Source of the DNA: Phoronis australis
Taxonomy: Eukaryota > Animalia > Phoronida
DNA length: 64,000 nt
Assembly: GCA_002633005.1 (NCBI GenBank)
Contig: NMRA01000355.1
Coordinates: 204,532 to 268,531 of the forward strand
Direction of reading: 5' to 3'
Below, one piece after another: positions 1 to 12,600 of the stretch (within the stretch, counting starts at the first letter, position 1; the number at the start of each line of letters is the position of its first letter). A program made the position numbers and the translations under genes. The notes under the pieces were generated by a model that did no database searches, was not told where the DNA came from, and saw only the letters and a program-made list of their open reading frames with translations.

Positions 1-192
1 AATTAGGCCATTAACATAGATCAATCCTGTTTCAAATTTTCCCTTGCCATGATAGGATTTGCTGTTTGTTTTCAAGAAGAACACAGCAATCTTGACATTG
101 TCTGTTCTACTAATTTATGAACTCGAGAGTAGTGTTGTTTTTTTGTTTTCTCGGGTACATCATGGTTTACGCTTATGACTTCCTAATCCTGG

Positions 193-440
193 TTTGCACT
201 TGGTGGTTCCAGAATTAAAGCTATAAATTCCAGTCTGAACTCGAAATTTTGAATTTTTATCGCCCAATATCGAGTTTTCACTCGAGTTTGTAGATTAAGT
301 CTAGCGGTCATCAAGTACTAACTAGGACTAGACACTCATCGGAAAAACAAAACATACTTGAAAAGAGAAAAACAGTAATCTGGAAAATGTCAAACAAATT
401 TTCGAGTTCGATTTTGATTACAAAGGTTAGACCGCGGGGC
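193..440. repeat. Interspersed repeat, related to 49660-49930 and partly to 19800-19970
   Basis: By-eye alignment: 193-357 matches the reverse complement of ~49665-49808 (TTGCACTTG..ATTAAAGC..TTCCAxTCTGAA..TCTAGxGGTCATCA..CACTCATC). The 3' ends share ATGTCAAA..TTCGAGTT..TTAGACC. Confidence 0.55.
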
Positions 441-503
441 TATTCAAACGAGCCGCTTTCCTCCGATCAACACGACGTTCGGGCAAAGTCGTGGACAACT
501 TAC

Positions 504-662
504 CTCGTGGTTAGATAGCTCATACCACGGCTGTTTGCCGAACGTGAATATTTCCCACAACACAACACCAAAGCTCCAACAGTCAGACTCCGTGGTAAAC
601 TTCCGGTAAAGAATGCTTTCCGGTGGCATCCATCGTACAGGCAGCATCGTCTGGCCGACCAC
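504..662 (-). CDS. Trk: Trk coding exon 14: kinase subdomains VIII-IX
   Basis: 159 nt, phase 0-0, acceptor TCTGTCGTAG, donor [59 protein letters not shown]. Confidence 0.97.
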
Positions 663-3600
663 CTACGACAGAAATCACGTGAACACCAAGCTACAAATGC
701 ACGCTTCTGTATTTTGTTGCCTTTCTTCCTCGTTGTTTTTCTGTTTTTGTGTCAGTTGGAATTGAGGTATAATAGTGCATTGCAATTGAAGTCATTTTGT
801 ACAGAATCAAGGCAGTCACCGTAAGCGTTTGTCTCCGCAAGCTGGCGTTTTACATTGGAAGAATAGCACCCCGTAGGTATGATAAACTGAATTCATGTCC
901 GCTTAAACTGCTCCTAAAATGAAATTGTCCACTCTACAAATCGTGCGTGATTATCTACGCCTATTCGATTTGCTGCTTTGGCTGACCTATATCCCGAACA
1001 CGTTTGACGTCTCAAGCAGTTCGTAAAAGGTTAATTCGCAAAGGATTTCCTCTCGCTTCTTTAACACGAGATTACCAGAATTACACTACCATCATCCCAC
1101 CACGTCATCAATAAGTCAAGAAAACTTCCGTTTTGCCAGGTGTGTGTTCCGTAGGCGCCAGAACCGACAAAATGTAAGATTTCGCAAGACTGAGATATCG
1201 CCATGTACAGCAAGCGAAGCATGCGATCGCATTGGCTTCCTTTCGCCTACAGAACTCAGTCAAGCTGTCACCGTCCCCAACCGCAACACTGCATACATGT
1301 ACATGCACTGAAGTAGAGAAAAGTAAATCTAAGCAAGAATTTAAAAAGAACAAGTTTTATAAACACTTGCGATTTCAGAGCACAAAGGGTGCAAATGTGA
1401 CAATTTTTAGTTACCAGTTGTTTTAAAAACACATAAAAAATATGTGGCGGTCACATCATTAACTTTGTCTAACGGCGGAAAGCAAAACGGCTGTATCAGA
1501 CCACGGGCAAGTGAATCTCCAATTGCGTGACCACTGTTTACTGTATGAAGAATCCAACTATTTATTGAAAGATGCAGGCTGAGTTCCGTTGATGCAAGAA
1601 TCTCACGAGAAAAGCCATTGCGTTCAGATGCATCGCTTGAAATAAATGTGCGATATATCACGAAGTCTTGCGTAATCTTGTGTTTTCAAGAGGTTCTCGC
1701 GTCTGCTGAACGCACTCCCAGGCTTGAGTTCACGAAACACGGTGAAGCTGCCCAATTCCTTAGCATTTTGTGTCAATACTTTGAATACTAACACCCCCAG
1801 CATTGCACAAAGTAGCTGTTGGGAAACAAAGTAAAACATTATTCAACAAGATGAAGGTCTTCAGGATTCCTCTATACCACAGATTTCTGCTTACCCTGTA
1901 ATAATCCATGGTATAAACATCCCTGCTCATTCCAAAGTCACCAATTTTCACAATCAGCTTGTCACCAACGAGACAATTCCTCGTGGCGAGGTCTCGGTGT
2001 ACAAAATGCTGAGAGGCAAGGTACGATACCCCCGCGGCTATCTGTTGAGCCATGTAAATTAACTCCGGCATTTGCAGCCTGCGGTTGGCCGGATTCCAGT
2101 TGGAGCACAGGAATGCGGCGTCCGGGCCATGGGATCTAGAGGAAAAAATAATAAGCCGATGTCAGCAATTGGTAATGAACTAATTGTTAAACTTTGTAAA
2201 TGTTTGATCGACTTTCGCACGAACCTTGTACCGCAAGTACGTTGTACGTATCTAAATACCCTTTCCCTACGACGTGCCTAAGTTGTTCATGACAGAAATA
2301 AAACTGATTTGACTTCAAAGAGAGTATTTTGATGTGCGCAAAACGACACCTGTTATCGTACCTCAGGAAATTGCTCAAGTCCCCGTTTTCCATGTACTCA
2401 AAAATCATCATCAGCGGGTCGCCGTCTGTACATATCCCGTAAAAGGTAACAATGTGTTCGTGGTTCAATCCCGCCAACATCTCGGACTCCCGGTCGAAGT
2501 CTCTCCTGGCCTCTTCTTGCTCCATGTCTTTCAACGTTTTCACCGCCACCACCGACGAGTCGTCTTCACCGTGCAGACCCTCGCACATGCCCAGATACAC
2601 TCGCCCAAAAGCGCCCTCTCCAAGCTCTTTGATGAACGTGAATTGCTTCGACATAAAATGGCGGATGACTGGAAATGATTGAAATCAAGGCGGTGAAATC
2701 GAAGTGAGAAAGAAACGTGCAGTGAGTTGGACTGCGCGTGTGTAGAACTCATCAATTTAGCCTGTTCTTGTAGTTGAGTAATTAGGATGTTTTGTTATTT
2801 TACAACAATCAATCGGAATGTTCTAGATGCACAACAAATCACATTTGAGGCACCAAATCAAGTCATACAAGCTTCACTCTGTTCAATACCCGGAACGTCC
2901 GTTAACTGGTCTATAGCTCACGTCCCCACGCAAATTAGGGTCGCCTCCTATTGGCTAACTGCGTTCCTCGAAAGTTGTAGCGATCGAGTAGCGTGTGTGA
3001 TGACCTGGGTGTGAAAAATTTCGGCGAGCAGTAAGGTACTGCTACCGACTGGCGCCCAAGATGTTATATAGCTTAGGGCACGGCGCCAGATTTTATATCA
3101 TTATGAGTGACCGAGAAACCTGCCAGTCGTCTATATTTATTTTTTTTTTTTGATTAGAAATGTAAATTTGTTTTATTGTAAATATCTAAAGCCATGCTTA
3201 CAAAATTCCCACAGTATCCGTTTCCGATATCGTACCCGACATTTGGACGATTATCTAAAGCATCTTGGTTTTGGTAAACAGCGTCGCATACGCCATTTCA
3301 GCCCAAAACTGGCTTCGGAACATCTGTTTAGACACCCCAATTACTCGCATGCGACAGTCAAGCGTCAAGTCGTATACGAATGATCGGGTTGTGTATAAGG
3401 CCCTAATTGTTTTAAAGCACGTGCCCTTAGGTTGGGTGCTACTGTCTTGTTAGGTTTAACGTTTTAACGAGTAAACACCAGCCGTATCCAAATTTCCCAT
3501 AATTCTTCATTATAGGCATGGGTTTGAGGAGTCATAGTTAGGACAATGGTCAGGTTGTGTCGTGCATAGGCTTACCTTGAGGTTCAGCTTCCTGTTTTGG

Positions 3601-6600
3601 CAAATAGTTCGGATTTTCTACGACATTAAGCGGATTAAGGGGCATGCGTTCGCTGGATATGACGTTCCCGTTGGTAGGTTTACTCTCTTCGCCATAGCGC
3701 GTCAATGGATGACGAGAACCGGTCGACGTGAAGGCATGATCACCAGATTTCCGCTGTTTGTAATACCTCACGGCAATGAGACTTGCCACTCCACATATGG
3801 CCGCGAAGACCACTACGCCCACTGTTATATAAATCTAAAAGAGTAAAGCGAGAGTCCCCCTTAAAATTAATTCCGGTTTAACCTAAAGCAGTACACTTTG
3901 CTCAGGAACATAAGACATGGCAGTTTCTAAAGTCACACCAATGCGTGACAGTCATCGAAATTTTAATTTGAACCCTCACCAAAGAGTTTCTCATTAAATA
4001 GGATTACAGTCTCAGCTTGACCTGGTCTTAGAATTAGGTCACATGTCACAGCCACGGGAGCTGCAGATCTTAATACATATTCTTACTGCCCGGTTCTGAT
4101 AACGACAGCTCCTTTAGTTTATCTGGGGTACCAGTGCTGAATTAACGAGGAAGTTGGCTAAATAGTCTGACCAGCTGTTTTAATGTGGTTATCAAAGCTC
4201 ACACCAGGCAATCCCTTGCTGTCGCAGACACAACACCTAAGCCATGCCTTTGCGGTAAAAACACTCTCTTATACAAAACACGGGAATTAACAGATTGTAT
4301 GATATCTCGTATTAAACATGTCGTCGTTACCGTATTTTTGTTAGAGTCATCAGCGTTCACGTTCTGAGGTTGTATTTCGTTCGTGCCACTTCCGGCTGTA
4401 GAAAGTATCCTTTTCGTGCTGTCTTTTGGAGCCTTGCTACTTTCTGGTCGACCAGGGAGACTAGGTCCCGGTGGTTTAAACTTTGGAAAACGCGTGCCTG
4501 TCGTCAGATAGTTTGCATAAAATGTTCTGGCCTCATGAATTGTATTCTGTTTTGGTTAACTCAGTATAACACTCTAAAAACAAACTTTTAACTTGATACA
4601 ACAAACAACATAAGATGCCAATAAATAAAACAAATAACTATTGCCACACGGGTATCATCAACTCGCAAGATGTCGCTACTGAATAAACTGAAAAGCTCAT
4701 ATTTTACTCAAATGACACATTGAACCCTTGCCCCAAGAACATCCCGAACACAGCTATTTGTTCTCGCCTTGTCGATACTCAGTGAATACCTTTCCGTCAC
4801 CGTGCCATCCAATCAAGCTTCACGTGTCATAGATTGAATTGTTCCGTGATAATGACATGCCCTCTTCAAAGCAGGCGCGCGTTCAGTAGACGCTAGGACC
4901 TACGCTAGGACCTACAATGTAGCTAAAACCTAGTCAAAGTCACGTGTTCTCATTTAAAATACACGGCAATATCTCGCGTAATCTCGCGAAGTCTTGCTTT
5001 TTAGCGAGGTCCTAGCGTTACTGAACGGGAGGCAGGTCTTGTGATGCAGCAGAGCTAACAAAAAATGAAAACAATAACATCCGGTAAATCACTCACCAGG
5101 GTGCTTCAGAAAGTTTGCGATCACAGATTGGGTGTCGGAGCCAAATTCATTCTCGACCACGAGTGTATACTTTCCGTTATTGCCGTGAGATGCCGTTTTA
5201 AACTCAAGGCATCCCCAAAGGACATCCAGCTAAGAACATAAAAGTGTCGTGTCAGATCTATTACAGATGCTTGGTACAGAAATGTTCTGCAATCATTTAC
5301 CGAGGAAGGCCAAAGCTTTGCTCACTCCAAAAGCAGACTTGTTTACTAACAAACACAAAAAGGTTTTGAATTAAAAGGTCAAAACATGCGGGAATAAGAT
5401 CTTGAGGAAACTCTTGGACTTATACACGTAAACTTTCGTCTTTTTATGGATGGCCTAAACTGGTGCGTGCGCATTTCATTATACGTATTTATTGGAGGTT
5501 GCGAGCTCCATAGGTAGGTATTCATTTCTTATGGATCACTTGAAAACGAGCTAGCAAACACTGTGCACTGCATGCTTCAAGCAATCCTCACAAGGGCCAC
5601 TGCAGAGATCTTACCTCGTCGGTGGCTCTGTGTGGTATGAATCTATCCCCTATGACTTCGTTCATCATTAGCAACTTTCCATTTTTATACCAGGTTTGGC
5701 TAGGTCGTGGATAACCCTTCACTATATATACTATGCACCAATGAAAGTACTCTCTTGGGGCCGACAGTTTCAGTATGCGGGGCTTGGCTGAAATAAAAAA
5801 TTTGGTAATAAATAACCAGGTACATGTAATATAAGACAGGTTTGTCCTTGACCTCCCTTTAGCTCTTAAAAGTAGCCGAAGTTTGGTCCCAAGAACATGC
5901 AACACCTTTTCAGACATTGGACACAGGCAATCGCGGAACACTTCTTTTATTTATAGTTTTATAGACAGATCTCTTGACTGAAAACTGGTGTTCCTTTTAA
6001 TCTTGGAAGTGATCAACAAGCATAGACGGCACTGGAAACGTTCAACAGATGAACTAAATAGTAAATACTTACAATTTACATAAAGACTTAGAGATTGTAT
6101 AGCTCGCCCCACGATATTTTGTGCGACGCACCGTATTGCGCGACTGTCATTGGAATGTACGACATCTATGGTCAGATTTTTCACCAATCCGTCGGCACTA
6201 CTTTGTATCCTAAAGAATAAAACAAACGACATGGCAATGATGATTCCAGTTCATAAGACTACAGCACTGACACAAAGGAAACTACAATGGTGTTGAGTAT
6301 GCATGAATTCAATGGTCAGTACCCACGGGAAACTAGGTCGTATGCTCGTCACATAGAGATCGGTACATAGGCGTATTCATTGTTTTTCTTTCTTATAATG
6401 TTATAATAAAGATGATGGCAAGCATTTGTCGGTAACCGGTGTCGTTTTTTGTGTCATTGCAAAACATGAAGACACATGACTTCTTTTGTGTTTATCTGTC
6501 ATCCACTCTCAAATAAACTAGGTATGTTTCAAAGCAGTGAGCTTCTTTTGACAAATATTGTCGTCTGTGATGTAACGTTTCACAAAGGATAAGACTTTAT

Positions 6601-9600
6601 CCCATACGCATTAAATCTGTCGAGGGAAAGGCGGCCATACAATAAAGTTTTCCGTATTCACCTCCCGCACTACTTCAACAGTGACCTCTGACATATGGAA
6701 AGTTCAAAAGGTAGGTCAATGTCGACTCGACGTCTTAGCCGGTTCTATCATCAAACTTTCCGAATATAGTTTAAAGAAATTCAGTTGCAGCAGTGTAACT
6801 AAAACTCGAAATGCAAACAGGCCCTAAAAGTAAAATCTGTAACAAAAATATAAGACACTTATTTCTCAGTTTTCAGTTGTTGAATACCATATCATCTGCA
6901 ACTCAGGCGCCGATTCCTAGGAAACTAAAACATCAGATAATGTTGTTTTTAACTATTTCCAGGAGATGTTACAAGTTCACTGCACAGTTGACGTTGTTTT
7001 CATCCGTGTTACCTCTTTTCAAGAAATAAATCGTTACTTTTAAAACTGTTTCTTTTACAAGAGAAAACTTGCAACCTAAGGAGCAAGTACATACATACAG
7101 GATGTGATCCGCCATGTGAACAGTCTGGGTCATGTATTTAAAAAAACCTGCCGAAAAAATGTAAGAAACTTAGCGTATGGGATAAATTCGGTTGAGGTCG
7201 ATACGCGGAATAAGGTCGAGTGGGATATTACTTCATGTACGTCAATCGAGGTACGTTTTGTGTATGTACTTATAGCGTATGTACTCCGGCAGTCTTTCTC
7301 GAAATATCTGAAATGTCAATTGTTTCTGAAAAAGGAATTTCTCTCAGATCAGCGAAACTATACATAATTGCTAGTTGTTCAGATAAGTTAGTTCGAAGCT
7401 GTGACGTGCTAACAAGCAGGCCCACGTGGCAAAAACTTTGACCCTTAATTGTGAAGCGGAGGTCACAATTGGAAACGCCTGATGTACATTCAAGTCTTCA
7501 GTCACTTTTCATGGGAAAAGCCCGAATGATATGCACGTTATTTGTTGTGCAGGAATACCTTATTAGGACTCATTTGCCAGTAATTTTTAGGTCATACTAT
7601 TAACAGAAAATTGAGAAATAATAAACGCGTTTGCGTGAGAGACTATATTGAAGTCTATATTATGTAAAAGTATTGCGTAAATACTTCTGTATAGATGAGA
7701 GCGTTAGTTGACAATTGTCTGTCATTGATGTGGACAAAAGCTCGTTGTGGTTTTATGGCATAATACTTCAATAAGATAGATGGATAAGCAACAGGAGTCA
7801 CAGTCTTGCATGTAATTGACCTTTTAAATGTTAAACATTTGCCTCGTTATATTTATATACATAAGTAAGCAGAGTTTGAGTAACGTTTTGGCGCCAAATG
7901 GGACCTTCCTCTTTTCTAACGGAATTTTAAGGAATAGCCTAAAACCATGCAGGCGTATGCAGTGAAGATTAAATTTCTTTCCTCCACTGTGAACATTCAC
8001 CACTAACTTCATTGCACACGCCGTATTCAAACAGTCAATCGACGAATTTTATTTCTTAGACGTATCAAACCTCCTTACGACTTCTTTGAAGCCTGGAGGA
8101 AACTCGTTTCCAGGCAACACACGTTTCAACCACCCGTACAAATCTTACATTGATTTCAAAACGATTGAAAATTTTCATGACATCCTGCTTTCACTGCACT
8201 ATAACTCAGAGAGAAGATTCGTGTGGGCAAGTCGCCAAAGCGAAATGCTGGCTGTGCTATGAAACTTTCGTGATATGAAATCTCTATTCACTGTAAATCT
8301 AGATTATGTGCTTCGAGACCGTCATCACAGATAATCTATCAGTGTCATTCTGCTTTTCGTCATAGCCCGGTCGTATGCAGGTAGGTGTATCTTTTTTGTT
8401 TTTTAACCATGTATTGGAAATTTACCATTTGACAATTCAATATAACTTTATACCATCTTTGTGTAATTTTAAACATTTATATGAGTAGCAACTATAAATA
8501 ACTGACAATATTACCATGGTAAACTTTGAGCACTAAGCAATGGTTGATATGTTTTGGCGCAAAGTTACGTCACACAAAGGCATGAAATTACGCGATCGTT
8601 CAATCTGTCTCAACAATAGGCAAGTTGTCGTGTTTTGAAGAATTATTGATACAAGAATTGGTATCTGTTGATCTTATACACATTCGAAAGTTTACAAAGC
8701 GTTTCTTTACTTAGAGTCGAGATGGATTGAGTTACTCTAAAGGGCAGGTTCGGAGCATGCCTAATATTAAGACAATATGCGATTTTAGTTCTAGCATAAC
8801 TGAGAAATTCAGCCAATGAGCGAGTGGCCTTGAGGACTGTTTGGCAATGCGAAGTGAGCAACTTATTTTGAATACATTGATCGGGAAATGCGATGGAGAC
8901 GATTGCCAAGATATCATTGCCAGTCCACAAAGCGTTGATGGGCGGGATAGCCTTAGTATTTTAATGCATTCGAAAATATGGAAATAAATACCTTGCGAAA
9001 GCTAATATGTTTTATACCACAATTTTTGCGTCGAATGGCAGATACAACCGTGTAATAACCCATAAAGTTTTATCACTAGTGGGATAACATTTTGGCGGGA
9101 AACCGAGGCCGGATTCGAAATCGGGCCTCAACAGTGGCGAGTCGCCGACTTTACCACTACACCACTCAGCGGCTGACTTCATCAAACGTGAAAATATAAT
9201 ACTTAAATGAGCACGCGCAACAATCGCATGTTCAGCAAAGGGCATTGCACCGATATTTATACGCTATGAAAAATAAGACGCATAATTTTCATAAAAACGA
9301 TATCTTAATTCTGTGAATTTTTTTCTCTCGTGTTCTCTCACTTGTAAATCACCGATCTCCAATTTGAATGCGGGTATCGTGTCGTCGGAATCCTTTAACT
9401 TTGCATTATACTCAGTTACTATTGGTAACCTACTTTAGCAGACGATATTTTCCCGGTCGAAGCTTAGCGTGATAAAATGTGTAGTAAGCTATAATAGTTG
9501 CTAAACCTTAATTTACAGATTCACTTCATTTCTATTTTGTTTAAATTTTCATTTGGTTTTGAGTAAAAGCATTATTTGACAAAAATAGCTCGGCTTTTCT

Positions 9601-12600
9601 TAAAAGGTCACGACCTCCGACCCCGGGCCTCTGACATAGCAAGTAGTTACAAAGCCCAGGCGAGTCGAGAAAGGTAGATCGCTTCATTGTAATGTTTCTC
9701 ACTCAGTATGTGGTATAAATAGATTATTACATGTTCCCAGTCGTTATCCCCCTTATCTAGAGCCCGAGTGGATTTTGGAGAATTATCGCCCGAGGGTAAG
9801 ATGCACCACTATGAAAAGTTCAATTGAGAAATGAACCCAAACCCTTTTGCAAATATTAATGCAGTGGGTGTATGAAAACTCACTTATACTGCGACGCAAT
9901 CGTCGTAGTGTTCCAGTAAACGGTTGGCACAGGATGGCCCCATCCTCGACACGTCACTACAACACTATCTGAGGAATTCACCGTAACAACGCTGGAAGAC
10001 AAGGTCGACTGGGGTTTCTCTGAAAGAGAAGGATGAATTCCAGTAGCTGAGTTGTCAGTGAATCCGTTTACTGCTACAGTTCACATGTTGTATAGAATTG
10101 TTCATAAACCAACCATACATTAGTTGTAGTAAATGTGACTTTCATATAGCACTAGTTGGGATATTTTTTCTGAGTCAATGTAGTAGCACACATTTGCGAC
10201 GTCATTGAAAACGGTTTATGGCCACGAAAAACACACATTGAAATGACTCATGGTTCAACTTAAAAACAAGCCAGCGAACACATTAGCCATGCTTTACCAG
10301 TTTTGACCTGGCTTGTACTTTGCAAGAAGAATCCATGAGATGCTTGTACATTTAAGTTCTAGTTTTCGGTATGTAATTAACGTGGGGAAGACATTTCGAA
10401 TTTTAAAATAAGTAACATGATTGGAAGATTAACATTTAAATATCTAACCTCTGGTTCTACTTTAATTCGTTTCAAAGACGAGTTTAAAATCAATGAAACG
10501 CTCTACAACAGATTAAAACCCGACACTTCACTGGATGGTAGAAAACATGCGCCCCGCACATGCGCGAAACATCACAAAACTAAGGCAAGTCGTCGACACA
10601 AAATTGCAACAGAATGCATTCATATGTTTATGAACAAACCATTATAATAAATAGACCCACCACAACCCGTAATATTAACAGTAAGCAAATCTTCCTGGCG
10701 TTCGACTCCGTGTCTTGTTGTTACGCACATTAACGATGTGTCGACAAGACCTCTCGCCAGAATGTCGTTTTGTAAGAGTTGTAACCATCGAATACTGCAG
10801 TTGCAAACCAGCGGGTTACCGACGACAATTCTGAAATATTGAATCATAACTGATTTATGACACAGTTTTGTTTGAGACTTATGTAACTGGAGCGTGAACG
10901 TTGAAACTGCACTTTTGCCCGGCCAGAAATGAAGACCAAGTTAGACTTCCACCTGGTGAAATCGGTCTCACAATATCCCTTTGCCCCTTCATTGTCAATA
11001 ACAACAACAAAGCCGTCGGCGACTCAAGAAAACATTTCAGAGTTTGTTGGGTTGACTAACTCCATAATTGCGGATTCAACAATGGCACATGTACGCGTTG
11101 CTTGCGGCTTGAGATGTCGGCTCCTTCGCATTAATTCAAGGTCGGGTGCGCGTGGTGTTGCTTTTGAAGCCCATAAGCAGTTAAGTTAGAATTCAACATT
11201 CAACAGTTGATATCTCTTCCACGTTGTCTGATATGAAAAGAAATTGTTGAAACACTGGTTGAAATGATAAACAATATCCTGACATTGCACTGTTCACCAT
11301 TATTGTTTTTATACGCTGTTGATGGCAACATTTTTAATAGTGTCAACTTCTTATACGTCTACGCGTTCGAAATATTTACGAAAGAAAAGTTTTCGGTAGC
11401 AAACTACCAAAAGTCTGAAAAATGTCTCCAGGACACACTTGTTTCATGTTAAAATGCAAATATCTCATCATATTGAAGATTCCAAATGGGGAACACGTTT
11501 ATTAAATCTTTTCCTGATTGTAACATTGAACAGTCATGCAGTTCGCGTTGTACTACACTTGGCAGCATGCATTAGAATTTACACATTCATCCGGTTATAC
11601 GAGGTAGTCGCTTCATTAAAAGCCTGACAATATATTGTCGATGCTACTTTGTTATCATGTAGGGTTGACTTAGGCACATGTGGCACCTTTAAGCGCACCT
11701 TCCCTCCACCGTATAAGCATCCATACATCAGGGTTTTCGTGAAGGGTCATAACCGGCCCAACAATCACATTCAATGCGCAAACACAACTGAACTCAGACT
11801 ATGGAGGTTTCTCCGTTTGGTTAAAAAGTGTATGCAGAAATTAGTAACCGGAAACTCCTTGTTGGGGCGAATTTTATATCTGTGCTGACCAACTGTTTGT
11901 GGTTTTTAGTAACTAAAGATAACATAAAAACTTTGCGAAAACCAAGAATTAACAAGTGTCAGCAGGTGGTGCAAAAACTTACAGCTGAGTAATTCGTTTC
12001 AGTGGCTCGATGACTTTCCATGATAACGACTTTAACTTGTTCAATCTCAAATCCCTGGAAAGAAAATTGCAAATTGCAGACCATTATGTCATTTGTTTGC
12101 CTCTACGACGACAAGAAGTGTCGCGTAAGTGTAAGCGCAGTAGCTTACGCGTGAAGCACTCGCCTTTTTCTTGAGCGAATTTGCGTACTCTTGCGTTACC
12201 TCGCCTAACCCGTGACAAACTACGGAACGCAGCGCTGGCCAGGATTCCGCTGCAATCAGAGAATCATGTGAGCTATGTGCAACACTCAGATTATGACGAT
12301 TTTAGTCGTTTACTACACGTCATGATATCATAAACAGCCAAAAGGTGGCGTTCTTGCTCTATGATTATGGGTAGTGCTGTTCAGGAAATAACAGAACCAT
12401 TATCTAAAGCAAATCGGCTTGTTTTGTTCGACTTTATGGCAACCGGGAAAACGTTTTCTTGTTTTGGCTCGTCTGTGTTGACAATTAAAAGCCGTTCAAA
12501 CATCGACTTGTAACATTATCAATCTGAATAGGCTGGCGAATCACCACTGGATAGGCAAAGAAATTTAATTTCACTGATAAAAGTCAGTGTCGTATCTTTA

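Noticed and set aside
1-503. Final Trk exon with PLC-gamma-type tyrosine
   Set aside because: No matching frame or acceptor in this stretch. It is intron, so the C-terminus cannot be assessed from this window.
2334-2682. Plus-strand ORFs of 114 and 76 aa
   Set aside because: Antisense shadows of Trk kinase exon 12, with no independent motif.
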